From Xylanibacter ruminicola 23 (GTDB lineage: Bacteria; Bacteroidota; Bacteroidia; Bacteroidales; Bacteroidaceae), in contig NC_014033.1 of the NCBI RefSeq assembly GCF_000025925.1, positions 1,980,001-2,012,000 of the forward strand: DNA of 32,000 nucleotides. Reading direction: 5' to 3'. The translations under genes and the position numbers were made by a program. This document shows positions 9,266 through 18,477 of this stretch, in pieces. The notes under the pieces were generated by a model. That model saw only the letters and a list, made by a program, of their open reading frames with translations, was not told the DNA's origin and made no database searches. Within the stretch, counting starts at the first letter, position 1; each line of letters begins with the position of its first letter.

Positions 9266-11299
9266 TTGAGATACGATCAACTATTCACCAAAACACTACT
9301 GACCGCCATACTTACAAGTATGGTCATGAGTGTATCAGCGAGCAACAAACGTGACTCGCTGAATATCTTGAATCGTATCTACAATTACCAGCAGGCCAAC
9401 ACAGCAGCCATCGACAGTCTTGAGGATCAGGTGTATGCCAAATTCCGATATCATGTAGATAAGCGCAATGCCATACTGTGGCTCATCCCATCGATGTATG
9501 TGATGGCTAAGGACGAGAGGGATTATATACGCGAGTCGTACAGCAAGGTATTGTTTACGAATGCGCACGATTACGACATCACCAACCAGTTGCTGTCAGG
9601 CACCATCCGTCATAACCGCAAGGCACTCCCTACCCTGCTCGACTACATGACGCCCAACATCTACGATATCGACTTATACAATGGGCACATGCTCTCGCCC
9701 TTCAACAAATGCAACCGCAGGTATTACCGTTTTACCCAGAAGCTGCAGCACGACGGCACCACACGTCTGGAGTTCCGTCCGAAGATATACAACACGCAGT
9801 TACTGAATGGTTATGCCATCGTTGACACCAACACCGGGCGCATTATCCGTACACTGCTGAATGGCGAGTATGATATGCTCACCTTCCGCACAGAGATTAC
9901 GCAGGGCGAGGAAGGCGGGCGATCTATCATGCCAGCCAAATGCACTACAGCGGCTACGTTCCGATTCATGGGCAACAGGATTTCTGCTCTGTTCGATGCC
10001 AACTATAACTGTAACAAGACGCTACCCGATTCTGTAGAAAGGATGGATAGCAGGGAACTGATGGATGAGGTTCGTCCCACACCGCTTACAGAAACCGATA
10101 AGCATATATACGAGGCCTACGACCAGAAAAACCGTCAGGACTCGATGGTGCAAGACACGCTGCCCAAGAAACAGCGACTTTGGAAGAAGATTTTCTGGGA
10201 CACCATTGGCGAGAACCTAGTTACACCTATCAAGGCCGAATCGGAGGAAGCCAACTTCAGCATGTCGCCTATCATCAACCCGATGTATGTAAGTTACAGT
10301 CATGCCCGTGGTGTGCGTTATAAGATGCGCTTCCGCTCGCAGTACAACTTCTCGGCGCATCGTTATCTAACACTCAACCCCACGTTTGGTTACACCTTCA
10401 AGGAGCACCAGTTCTACTTTACGGCACCACTCCGTATGACGTATAACCCAAAGCGTAACGGATATACCGAGGTGATATTTGGTAATGGCAACCGTATCAG
10501 TACATCTACGGTGATGGATGTGATAAACGCTGCCCATCAGGACACCATCAACTTCGACAATACGGATATGGACAAGTTCAAGGACCAGCATTTCAGCATC
10601 ATCAACAACATCATGGTGTTCGACTGGCTGGATATCGAAACAGGTTTCATATACCATCGCCGTTCGGCTGTTAACAAGGAGTTAATGAAGTGTTACGACA
10701 TGCCAACAGAGTATCGAAGCTTTGCACCAAGCATCGGTCTGAAGTTCTCGCCTTGGCTGAATCGTGGCCCTGTACTTTCGGTAGATTACGAGCGAGGCGT
10801 GAAGGGTGTTAACAAGTCGGATTTGGAATACGAGCGCTGGGAGTTTGATGCCCAATGGAAGAAGAAGATTCCAGGCCTGCGATTGCTCAACATGCGTGCA
10901 GGTGCAGGTTTCTATACCAACAAGAAGGACAACCTGTTTGTGGACTTCGCTAACTTCCGCGACGAGAATCTGCCTGAGGGATGGGACGACGACTGGAGTG
11001 GTAACTTCCAACTACTGCGCAGTCGTGTGTATAACCAATCCGATTATTATCTGCGTGGCAACGTGTCGTACGAGTCGCCTATGTTGGTGGCTACATGGAT
11101 TCCCTACCTGGGAAAATATATTGAGAAAGAGCGCTTCTACCTGAGTGGTGTATTACTGCAGGATTCGCGCCCCTATTACGAATTAGGCTATGGCTTTACC
11201 AACAGATATATCTCGGTTGGTGCCTTTGCCAGTTTCCGTAACACCCACTTCGACCGTATTGGCGTAGAGGTAGAATTTGAACTATTCAGAAGATGGTAA
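9266..11299 (+). CDS. Hypothetical secreted protein, probably an outer-membrane beta-barrel, of unknown function
   Basis: Only the TTG start at 9266 gives a signal-peptide-like N-terminus (KTLLTAILTSMVMSVSA/SNK). The C-terminal third is Tyr/Gly/Asn-rich with alternating hydrophobic strands and an aromatic last residue (IGVEVEFELFRRW). The stop overlaps the next gene's start by 7 nt. The start codon is uncertain. Confidence 0.6.
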   Translation: MRYDQLFTKTLLTAILTSMVMSVSASNKRDSLNILNRIYNYQQANTAAIDSLEDQVYAKFRYHVDKRNAILWLIPSMYVMAKDERDYIRESYSKVLFTNAHDYDITNQLLSGTIRHNRKALPTLLDYMTPNIYDIDLYNGHMLSPFNKCNRRYYRFTQKLQHDGTTRLEFRPKIYNTQLLNGYAIVDTNTGRIIRTLLNGEYDMLTFRTEITQGEEGGRSIMPAKCTTAATFRFMGNRISALFDANYNCNKTLPDSVERMDSRELMDEVRPTPLTETDKHIYEAYDQKNRQDSMVQDTLPKKQRLWKKIFWDTIGENLVTPIKAESEEANFSMSPIINPMYVSYSHARGVRYKMRFRSQYNFSAHRYLTLNPTFGYTFKEHQFYFTAPLRMTYNPKRNGYTEVIFGNGNRISTSTVMDVINAAHQDTINFDNTDMDKFKDQHFSIINNIMVFDWLDIETGFIYHRRSAVNKELMKCYDMPTEYRSFAPSIGLKFSPWLNRGPVLSVDYERGVKGVNKSDLEYERWEFDAQWKKKIPGLRLLNMRAGAGFYTNKKDNLFVDFANFRDENLPEGWDDDWSGNFQLLRSRVYNQSDYYLRGNVSYESPMLVATWIPYLGKYIEKERFYLSGVLLQDSRPYYELGYGFTNRYISVGAFASFRNTHFDRIGVEVEFELFRRW

Positions 11300-14200
11300 A
11301 CGAAACACAGAAATCACTCACCGTATATAAAGCCAGTGCTGGAAGTGGTAAGACTTTCACCCTGGCCACCGAATATATCCGCCTGCTGGTAGAGAATCCG
11401 CAGAGCTATCGCAATATCCTGGCAGTAACCTTTACCAACAAGGCTACCGAGGAGATGAAGATGCGTATTCTCAGTCAGCTGTATGGAATCTGGAAACAGT
11501 TGCCTGAGTCGGACAACTATCTGCAGAACATCCAAACCAAGACTGGTCTTAAGCCAGAGGTTATCAGCGAGCGTGCTGGTATAGCCCTCAACAACCTCAC
11601 CCACAACTACAACTATTTCCGTGTGGAGACTATCGACACGTTCTTTCAGAGTGTGCTGCGTAACATGGCACGCGAACTCGACCTAACCACCAACCTGCGC
11701 ATTGGGTTGAACGATTATCAGGTGGAAGAGCTGGCTGTCGACCAACTGATTGAGGATCTGACCACAACAGATGTGATGCTGCAATGGATTCTGAAATATA
11801 TCATGGAGAATATCTCTGATGATAAATCGTGGAACGTGATTGCTCAGATTAAGAAGTTTGGTCAGAACATCTTTAAGGACTATTATAAAGAGGTAAGCCT
11901 CACCCTCGAACAGAAGATGGGCGAGGAAGGATTCTTCGAGAACTATACCACCACCCTACGCGAGCTGAAGAAAGCTGCCGAAGGCTATATGAAAGAGATT
12001 GGCGAATCGTTCTTCGATACCCTCGAAGGCGAAGGCTTGAGTGCAGACGATCTGTCGAGTAAGCAGCGAGGTATCGCCAGTTACTTTAACAAGCTCCGTA
12101 AAGGCACTTTCGATCCAAGCATTATCACAACAACAGTAAATAATCATCTGGAGAATATCGAGAAGTGGTGCCCCAAAACCCACCCACAGCGCGATGCCGT
12201 ACTGAACGTGGTTGAGGCATCGCTGTTACAGATACTGAAATGTGCTGTAGAGGCCCAGGAAAAACAATGGAAAATCTTCCAGTCGGCTAATCTCACCCTG
12301 CGCCATCTCAACCAGCTACGTCTGTTAAGCAGCATTGAGAAAAAGGTACGCGAGATTAACGAGACTGATAACCGCTTCTTGTTGAGCGACACCCAGCAAC
12401 TGCTCCACTCGCTCATTGATGGCAGCGACTCGCCTTTTATTTTCGAGAAGATTGGTACCCAACTCAAGCATGTGATGATCGACGAGTTTCAGGACACCTC
12501 TACCATCCAGTGGCAAAACTTCAAGGTGCTGCTTTCAGAGACCATGAGTCATGACGATGGCAGTAACCTGATTGTGGGTGATGTAAAACAGAGTATCTAT
12601 CGTTGGCGCTCAGGCGACTGGCGCTTGCTGAATGGTATTGAGCAGCAATTTAACTCTATGCTAATGGAAATTAAGTCGCTCTCAACCAATTACCGTTCTA
12701 CGCGTAATGTCATCGATTTCAACAACCAGTTCTTTACCCACGCTGCCAACTTAGAGTATGCATCACTCGAGGAGTTGAACTGCGACGAGCGCGACCAGCT
12801 AAAGAAGGCCTATGCCGACGTAACCCAGCAGGTACCAGATGGCAAACCACAAGAAGGCAAGATTACCATCGAGCTGCTGCCAAGCGAAGAGTATCAGGAA
12901 GAAGTTCTGGCCCACATGACTGAAAACGTGAGTGAACTCATCAGCCAAGGCGTTAGTCAGAAGGATATCGCCATCCTGGTGCGCTATAACTTCCACATAC
13001 CCATTATTGCCCAGTATTTTCTGGAGCATCTGCCCTCAGTAAGCATTGTGAGCGATGAGGCATTCCGTCTGGATGCATCGAGTGCTGTATGTCTAATGAT
13101 TCAGGCCCTGCAACTCCTGCTCACACCCGACGACCAACTTACCAAGGCAGCAATCGTAAAAACCTGGCTCTGCACCGTTCAGGGCAAGGAACTGAGCGAT
13201 AACGAGTTTATGATAGCAGGTGCCAACCTCGATACCTACCTGCCCGAGGCCTATATAGCTCACTTTGACGAGCTATTAACCCTTCCGCTCTACGAATTGG
13301 CTGAGAAGATATACGCTATCTTCGAATTGCATCGCCTAGAGGGGCAGGGTGCCTACCTGTGTGCCTTCTACGACCAGTTGGCTAACTACGTTAACGAGAA
13401 TACTACTGATATCCAGGCTTTCCTGACAGAGTGGGAAGAATCGCTTTGCAAGAAGACTATCCAAAGCGATGAAACCAATGGTATCCGTCTGATCTCCATC
13501 CACAAATCAAAGGGTTTGGAGTTCGACCATGTGATTATTCCCTTCTGCGACTGGCCTTTAGAGAAAACAACTGATAATATTATCTGGTGCCAGCCTAACG
13601 AGGCTCCTTTCAACGATCTGCCCATTGTACCTATCGACTATAGTCAGAAGGCGATGTTAGGCACCATCTACGAGGGCGATTACCTGCACGAACACCTGCA
13701 GAACATGGTTGACAACCTGAACCTGCTGTACGTAGCCTTTACACGTGCTGCCAAGAGTTTGTATGTGATTGGTAAGCGCGGCGTTAAGAATTCGCGCTCA
13801 GCCTTGATAGAGCTCTGTCTGCCTTTAGTGGCTGGCGATATGCCCGATGCCCAGCTGGAAGGCATGGAGAACAATGATGCAGCGATTGTATTCTCGATGG
13901 GTTCGTTCTCAGTTGGAGCAACTGAGCAGAAAGAAAAAGCTCCTAGCAAGAACCCCTTCCTGCAGAAGTCAGAGGCTGTACATGTGGCCATCCGCAACTT
14001 CGAGAGCAAGGTAAACTTCCGTCAGAGTAATCGTAGTCGCGACTTTATCGAGGGCGACGAGCTGGATCAGCAGCACCGCTATATTCAGGCTGGTAGCGTG
14101 TTACACGAAATCTTCTCGACTATACAGACAGAGAAGGATATCCCTGAAGCCCTGCAGCGCTTGCAGTTCGAGGGTATTCTGTACGACGAGGAGATGACTG

Positions 14201-14520
14201 CCGAAAAGATTACCACCATGCTGCGTAAGCGCTTGGCCGATCCACGTGTAGCCTCGTGGTTCTCACCCCGCTGGACACTCTTTAACGAGTGTACCATTCT
14301 CTCTGTAGAAGATGGCGAAGTGAAGGAGCATCGCCCCGACCGTGTGATGACGGATGGCAACGAGTGGATAGTGGTCGACTTTAAGTTCGGCCATCCAAGC
14401 CCTGAGTACCATGCCCAGGTGCGCCGTTATATGGACTTATTGCAGTCGATGGGGCACCAAAACATCAAAGGCTATCTGTGGTACGTATATAGCAATCAGA
14501 TAGAGGAGGTAGAACATTAA
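11293..14520 (+). CDS. AddA/RecB-like UvrD-family helicase with a C-terminal PD-(D/E)XK nuclease
   Basis: SF1 motifs are present: ASAGSGKTF, VMIDEFQDTS, GDVKQSIYRWRSGD, TNYRS, HKSKGLEFDHVIIP, LLYVAFTRA. The C-terminal nuclease motif reads PDRV..VVDFKFG..HAQVRRY. Confidence 0.85.
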   Translation: MVNETQKSLTVYKASAGSGKTFTLATEYIRLLVENPQSYRNILAVTFTNKATEEMKMRILSQLYGIWKQLPESDNYLQNIQTKTGLKPEVISERAGIALNNLTHNYNYFRVETIDTFFQSVLRNMARELDLTTNLRIGLNDYQVEELAVDQLIEDLTTTDVMLQWILKYIMENISDDKSWNVIAQIKKFGQNIFKDYYKEVSLTLEQKMGEEGFFENYTTTLRELKKAAEGYMKEIGESFFDTLEGEGLSADDLSSKQRGIASYFNKLRKGTFDPSIITTTVNNHLENIEKWCPKTHPQRDAVLNVVEASLLQILKCAVEAQEKQWKIFQSANLTLRHLNQLRLLSSIEKKVREINETDNRFLLSDTQQLLHSLIDGSDSPFIFEKIGTQLKHVMIDEFQDTSTIQWQNFKVLLSETMSHDDGSNLIVGDVKQSIYRWRSGDWRLLNGIEQQFNSMLMEIKSLSTNYRSTRNVIDFNNQFFTHAANLEYASLEELNCDERDQLKKAYADVTQQVPDGKPQEGKITIELLPSEEYQEEVLAHMTENVSELISQGVSQKDIAILVRYNFHIPIIAQYFLEHLPSVSIVSDEAFRLDASSAVCLMIQALQLLLTPDDQLTKAAIVKTWLCTVQGKELSDNEFMIAGANLDTYLPEAYIAHFDELLTLPLYELAEKIYAIFELHRLEGQGAYLCAFYDQLANYVNENTTDIQAFLTEWEESLCKKTIQSDETNGIRLISIHKSKGLEFDHVIIPFCDWPLEKTTDNIIWCQPNEAPFNDLPIVPIDYSQKAMLGTIYEGDYLHEHLQNMVDNLNLLYVAFTRAAKSLYVIGKRGVKNSRSALIELCLPLVAGDMPDAQLEGMENNDAAIVFSMGSFSVGATEQKEKAPSKNPFLQKSEAVHVAIRNFESKVNFRQSNRSRDFIEGDELDQQHRYIQAGSVLHEIFSTIQTEKDIPEALQRLQFEGILYDEEMTAEKITTMLRKRLADPRVASWFSPRWTLFNECTILSVEDGEVKEHRPDRVMTDGNEWIVVDFKFGHPSPEYHAQVRRYMDLLQSMGHQNIKGYLWYVYSNQIEEVEH

Positions 14521-14548
14521 ACATTAAAGATTAAAGATTAAACATTAT
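14513..14548 (+). repeat. Tandem heptamer array TTAAACA/TTAAAGA (4 full units plus degenerate ends) bridging the addA-like stop and the addB-like start
   Basis: Read directly. TTAAACA is at 14517-14523, TTAAAGA at 14524-14530 and 14531-14537, and TTAAACA at 14538-14544. The stop TAA (14518-14520) lies inside the first unit, and the ATG (14549) lies in a degenerate fifth unit, TTATATG. Confidence 0.9.
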
Positions 14549-17188
14549 ATGGGTTCATTCCTTGAACATGTAGCAGAAGACCTGCTTTCCAGATATGGCA
14601 CCAATCTATCACGAGTAGCTGTGGTGTTCCCTAACAAGCGTGCATCGCTGTTCCTTAACGAGCACCTGGCGCGCCTGGCGCAGAAGCCCCTATGGAGCCC
14701 TGCCTATATTACCATCAGCGATTTGTTCCGTTCGCACTCCAAACTGCAGGTGGCCGACCCTATCCTGCTGGTTTGTGAACTGCATCGTGTGTTCACAGCC
14801 TGTACAGGTATCGACGAGACGCTCGACCATTTCTATGGTTGGGGGCAGCTGTTGCTTTCCGACTTCGACGATTTGGATAAGAACATGGCACCTGCCGATA
14901 AGGTGCTGGCCAACCTACGCGATATACACGAGCTCGACGACACCTCGTACCTCACACCTGAACAGCGCGAGATGATTAAACGCTTTTTCAGCAATTTCTC
15001 TGAGGAGCATAACACAGAACTGAAAGAGCGATTCCTTCGCCTGTGGAGCCATATTGGTGAGATTTACCATGCTTACAACCAGCAGTTGGCCGAAAAGCAA
15101 CTGGCCTACGAGGGTGCCCTCTATCGCCAGGTGGCAACAGACGAGACGTTAGAGTTTGAATACGATACTTATGTGTTTATTGGTTTCAACCTGTTGCAGA
15201 AGGTAGAACAAACACTCTTCAGCCGATTGGAGAAGCAGGGCAAGGCCATCTTCTATCAGGATACCGACGAGGTGCCACCACACCACATTAACCTGATTTC
15301 GGCTCCTACCGAGAATATCCAGGCACGCTATATCAGCGAGTGGTTGGATGCCGATCGCATTAACGATGGTCGCAAAACAGCCATTGTGCTTTGCAACGAG
15401 GGCTTGCTGCAAACAGTTATCCACTGTTTGCCCGAGAATGTTGACAAGATCAATATCACCACAGGTTATCCGCTTGGTCAAACCTCGATAGCGTCGCTCA
15501 TCAACACGCTTATCAACATGCAGGTGCATGGCTATTCGCTGCGCAAGCAGACCTTTGCACGTAGATGGATTGAGAGCATCAAGCGCCATCCATACGCCAC
15601 ACTGATGCCCGATGATTTTGCCAGTCAGCGTTATACTGATATCCAGCCCTTACTGCATTGGCTCATTAGTCTTACGCAGACCATCGCCACCTCAAAGAGT
15701 CCTATCATCGACTCACCACTCGATACTGAGAGCCTGTTCCGTATGTACACCTTGCTTAACAGACTAAGCGGTCTGGTGGATAGTGGCGTGCTGAAAGTGG
15801 ATGTGATTACGCTGCAACGCCTGGTTGTACAACTGATATCAACCACCTCTATTCCCTTCCATGGCGAACCTGCCGAAGGAATCCAGGTGATGGGTGTGCT
15901 CGAAACTCGAAACCTCGACTTCGACCATGTGCTTCTGCTCTCGTGCAACGAGGGTAACATGCCACGTGGCGTTAACGATACCTCGTTTATCCCCTATGCC
16001 CTGCGTAAGGCCTACGGACTGACCACAATCGATTACAAGGTATCTATCTACGAGCATTATTTCCATCGTTTGCTGCAACGTGCAAAAGATGTAACCATCC
16101 TTTATAACAATGCCACCAGCGATGGTAAAACAGCCGAGATGTCGCGCTTTATGCTGCAACTGATGGTTGAGAACAAGATACCTATCACGTTCCAAACCCT
16201 GAAGGCTGGACAAACACCTCAGCTCCATGCGCCTCAGGCCATTAACAAGACACCCGAGGTGATGAGTCAGCTGCAGCGCCGCTTTGCCAAAGATGCAGGC
16301 GGCATCAGTCCTACAGCCATCAACACCTATCTGCGCTGCCAACTGCGATTCTTCTATCGTTATGTATGCGAGTTGAAAGAGCCCGACAGCACAGAGGACG
16401 ATTTGATTGACAACCGTTTATTTGGTAACATCTTCCATAAGGCAGCCCAATTGGTGTACGAGTATCTGGTAGCAACCAAAGCAACCATCACCACGATGGC
16501 TATCGACGATTTATTAAAGGAAGAGGTAACGATAGAACGTGTAGTAGATGAGGCCATCAAGCAGGAGTTCTTCCATATCAACGATGCCTCACGTCCATTG
16601 CCTCCACTCGATGGCTTGCAGCTTATTAACCGCGAGGTGATTATCAAGTACCTGCGCCAGCTGTTGGAGTGCGATCGCCGTTTGGCGCCCTTCAGCATCC
16701 TGGGTCTCGAAAAGCCTGTTAACATCACTTTGAATAATCAGTATATTGCTGGTGTCATCGACCGTTTGGATAGTATTACCGATCCAGAAACAGGACTGGA
16801 ACGTATCCGTGTGGTAGATTATAAGACAGGTTCGCGCCAGATGAAAGCCATGCCCGATGTGGCAGCCATTTTCTCACAGGAGGCCATCAAGGATCATAGC
16901 GATTACTTCCTGCAAACCCTGCTCTATGCCCATATCGTGCGTAGCAAAACACCACAGATGGTGTCGCCATGCCTGCTGTTTATTCAGCATGCAGGTAGCG
17001 AGGATTACGACCCTACCCTGAAGATTGGAAAGGAAGCCATCACTGATATAGCAGATTATTCAGATGAGTTTATCACGCTGTTACGTCAACAGCTGGACGA
17101 TATCTATAATGCCCAGATAGCTTTTGTGCCAACTGACGACCAGCATCGTTGCGAAACATGCCCCTACGCTGCACTCTGTCGAGGGTAA
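14549..17188 (+). CDS. AddB-like PD-(D/E)XK nuclease subunit with a degenerate ATPase N-terminus and an Fe-S (iron-staple) Cys cluster
   Basis: Nuclease motif IDRLD..RVVDYKTG..LQTLLYA. The Cys pattern is RCQLRF upstream plus C-terminal CETCPYAALC (C..CxxCx5C). An RGLEFD-like element (RNLDFDHVLLLSCNEGNMP) is present. No GxxGxGK[ST] Walker A is visible near the N-terminus. Confidence 0.8.
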   Translation: MGSFLEHVAEDLLSRYGTNLSRVAVVFPNKRASLFLNEHLARLAQKPLWSPAYITISDLFRSHSKLQVADPILLVCELHRVFTACTGIDETLDHFYGWGQLLLSDFDDLDKNMAPADKVLANLRDIHELDDTSYLTPEQREMIKRFFSNFSEEHNTELKERFLRLWSHIGEIYHAYNQQLAEKQLAYEGALYRQVATDETLEFEYDTYVFIGFNLLQKVEQTLFSRLEKQGKAIFYQDTDEVPPHHINLISAPTENIQARYISEWLDADRINDGRKTAIVLCNEGLLQTVIHCLPENVDKINITTGYPLGQTSIASLINTLINMQVHGYSLRKQTFARRWIESIKRHPYATLMPDDFASQRYTDIQPLLHWLISLTQTIATSKSPIIDSPLDTESLFRMYTLLNRLSGLVDSGVLKVDVITLQRLVVQLISTTSIPFHGEPAEGIQVMGVLETRNLDFDHVLLLSCNEGNMPRGVNDTSFIPYALRKAYGLTTIDYKVSIYEHYFHRLLQRAKDVTILYNNATSDGKTAEMSRFMLQLMVENKIPITFQTLKAGQTPQLHAPQAINKTPEVMSQLQRRFAKDAGGISPTAINTYLRCQLRFFYRYVCELKEPDSTEDDLIDNRLFGNIFHKAAQLVYEYLVATKATITTMAIDDLLKEEVTIERVVDEAIKQEFFHINDASRPLPPLDGLQLINREVIIKYLRQLLECDRRLAPFSILGLEKPVNITLNNQYIAGVIDRLDSITDPETGLERIRVVDYKTGSRQMKAMPDVAAIFSQEAIKDHSDYFLQTLLYAHIVRSKTPQMVSPCLLFIQHAGSEDYDPTLKIGKEAITDIADYSDEFITLLRQQLDDIYNAQIAFVPTDDQHRCETCPYAALCRG

Positions 17189-18364
17189 TTATCTGTTTTT
17201 GTTGTTTGTAAACCAGTTGTGGGTAAAATGGTACATAGCCAAAGCAGCTATTACCAGTACCAAGGCAGCTATCAGTGCGGCTGTAATGTTGCCTTGGAAG
17301 ATAGCCACACCTGCGCCTACACCCCAAGCGATACCACTCTCCCAGCCTAACAGGAAGGTGCTCTGCGAAGTGCCTCGCTGACAGTGGCGACTCAGTTTGA
17401 TAAAGAACAGCAGGAAGCGCGAACCTATCAAACCAACGCCCATACCAATAAACAGCGGAGCTGCATACATCACGATAGGCAGATGGCGTGTGATCATCAT
17501 CAGCAGGGCCACACCCATCAGTATCAAACCTGTTACCACCTCGCTCTTCAACTCAGCATTCTTAAACACAAAGCGCTGCGATAAGATGGCCACAGCAAAG
17601 CCCACCATCATCATCGAGTAGAACTGCTCAATCATTACTACCGACAGGATAATACCCACGGCCAAAGTAACCAGTTGCAGGTTTACAAACAGTGGGAATC
17701 CATGAGGCAGGAAGAAACGATCCAAGCTAACAGTAGGGATATCATCCTGAGGTGCACGGAAGGGGAAGTTTACCAGCAGCACCAGTACCACCACAGCCAT
17801 AGCACAAGCCATAGTTGCCAACAGCACATAGTGGAAGCCGGCAATGCGCCCAATGAGCAAACCTGCCATAGGACCCATACTCAGGGCAAATCTCGAGAAC
17901 CAGGCAGCCGAGTGGTTAGCTTCGGTACGCTGGAACGACTCGCTGGTATCGATAATCAGCGTGCTCGTCAGCACCATCTGGGCCAGTCCGAACACGGCTC
18001 CTTGTGCAAAACGCTGCACAAAAACCACCATAGGATTGGCCACACGCATATGCAAACCATCTATATAATACAGGGCTGTAATCAATAGTGCTTCAACCAG
18101 CACGGCAAATATGCACACTAAGTTTCTACGATAGTGCTGAACCATATAAGATATGAATGCACCAAGTGCAAACAGTCCTACTCCGAATGCAGCCATAGCA
18201 ATACCTGCATCCTGAGCCGAGAACTGCTGGGCATCCATCAGCCAGCGGGGCATAGTAGGTACGAGCATATAGACCGTCATAGCCAACAGAAAGTTGGCGA
18301 TGGCCATCAACCAAAAGTCTTTATGCCACAACCTGATATGTACGGGCGTACTCTGTGAATTCAT
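17189..18364 (-). CDS. MFS transporter
   Basis: 391-aa protein with about 12 hydrophobic segments in two halves, typical of MFS topology. The substrate cannot be inferred. Confidence 0.75.
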   Translation of the reverse strand: MNSQSTPVHIRLWHKDFWLMAIANFLLAMTVYMLVPTMPRWLMDAQQFSAQDAGIAMAAFGVGLFALGAFISYMVQHYRRNLVCIFAVLVEALLITALYYIDGLHMRVANPMVVFVQRFAQGAVFGLAQMVLTSTLIIDTSESFQRTEANHSAAWFSRFALSMGPMAGLLIGRIAGFHYVLLATMACAMAVVVLVLLVNFPFRAPQDDIPTVSLDRFFLPHGFPLFVNLQLVTLAVGIILSVVMIEQFYSMMMVGFAVAILSQRFVFKNAELKSEVVTGLILMGVALLMMITRHLPIVMYAAPLFIGMGVGLIGSRFLLFFIKLSRHCQRGTSQSTFLLGWESGIAWGVGAGVAIFQGNITAALIAALVLVIAALAMYHFTHNWFTNNKNR

Positions 18365-18398
18365 TCTGGTTTTAATGATTCTTTTATTATTTCGGCTG

Positions 18399-18406
18399 CA
18401 AAATTA
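18399..18406 (-). promoter_or_regulatory. Candidate -7 box (TAATTTTG on the minus strand) for the MFS gene
   Basis: The + strand CAAAATTA reads TAATTTTG on the - strand, about 34 nt upstream of the MFS ATG. No clean -33 TTTG lies at the right spacing. Confidence 0.4.
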
Positions 18407-18424
18407 GTGATTTTTTATGAGAAA

Positions 18425-18456
18425 TTTGCTATTTTCGAGATTTTAGTGTAATTTTG
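18425..18456 (+). promoter_or_regulatory. Bacteroidota-type promoter for the DUF3298-like lipoprotein gene
   Basis: TTTG at 18425-18428, a 20-nt spacer, then TAATTTTG at 18449-18456. There are 21 nt to the ATG at 18478. Confidence 0.6.
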
Positions 18457-18477
18457 CGCAAAAATAAGTGCAAAAGT

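Noticed and set aside
11293-17188. Helicase plus PD-(D/E)XK nuclease pair as a phage-defence system
   Set aside because: The SF1 helicase with a RecB nuclease, paired with a second nuclease subunit carrying the C..CxxCx5C Fe-S staple, matches housekeeping AddAB. The neighbours are core genes (uvrA, rsmG), and there are no island hallmarks such as an integrase, a tRNA or an obvious compositional shift.
18454-18477. Upstream start (MRKNKCKS..) for the DUF3298-like lipoprotein
   Set aside because: The codon lies inside the predicted -7 promoter box (18449-18456). The ATG at 18478 gives a standard lipoprotein signal peptide.
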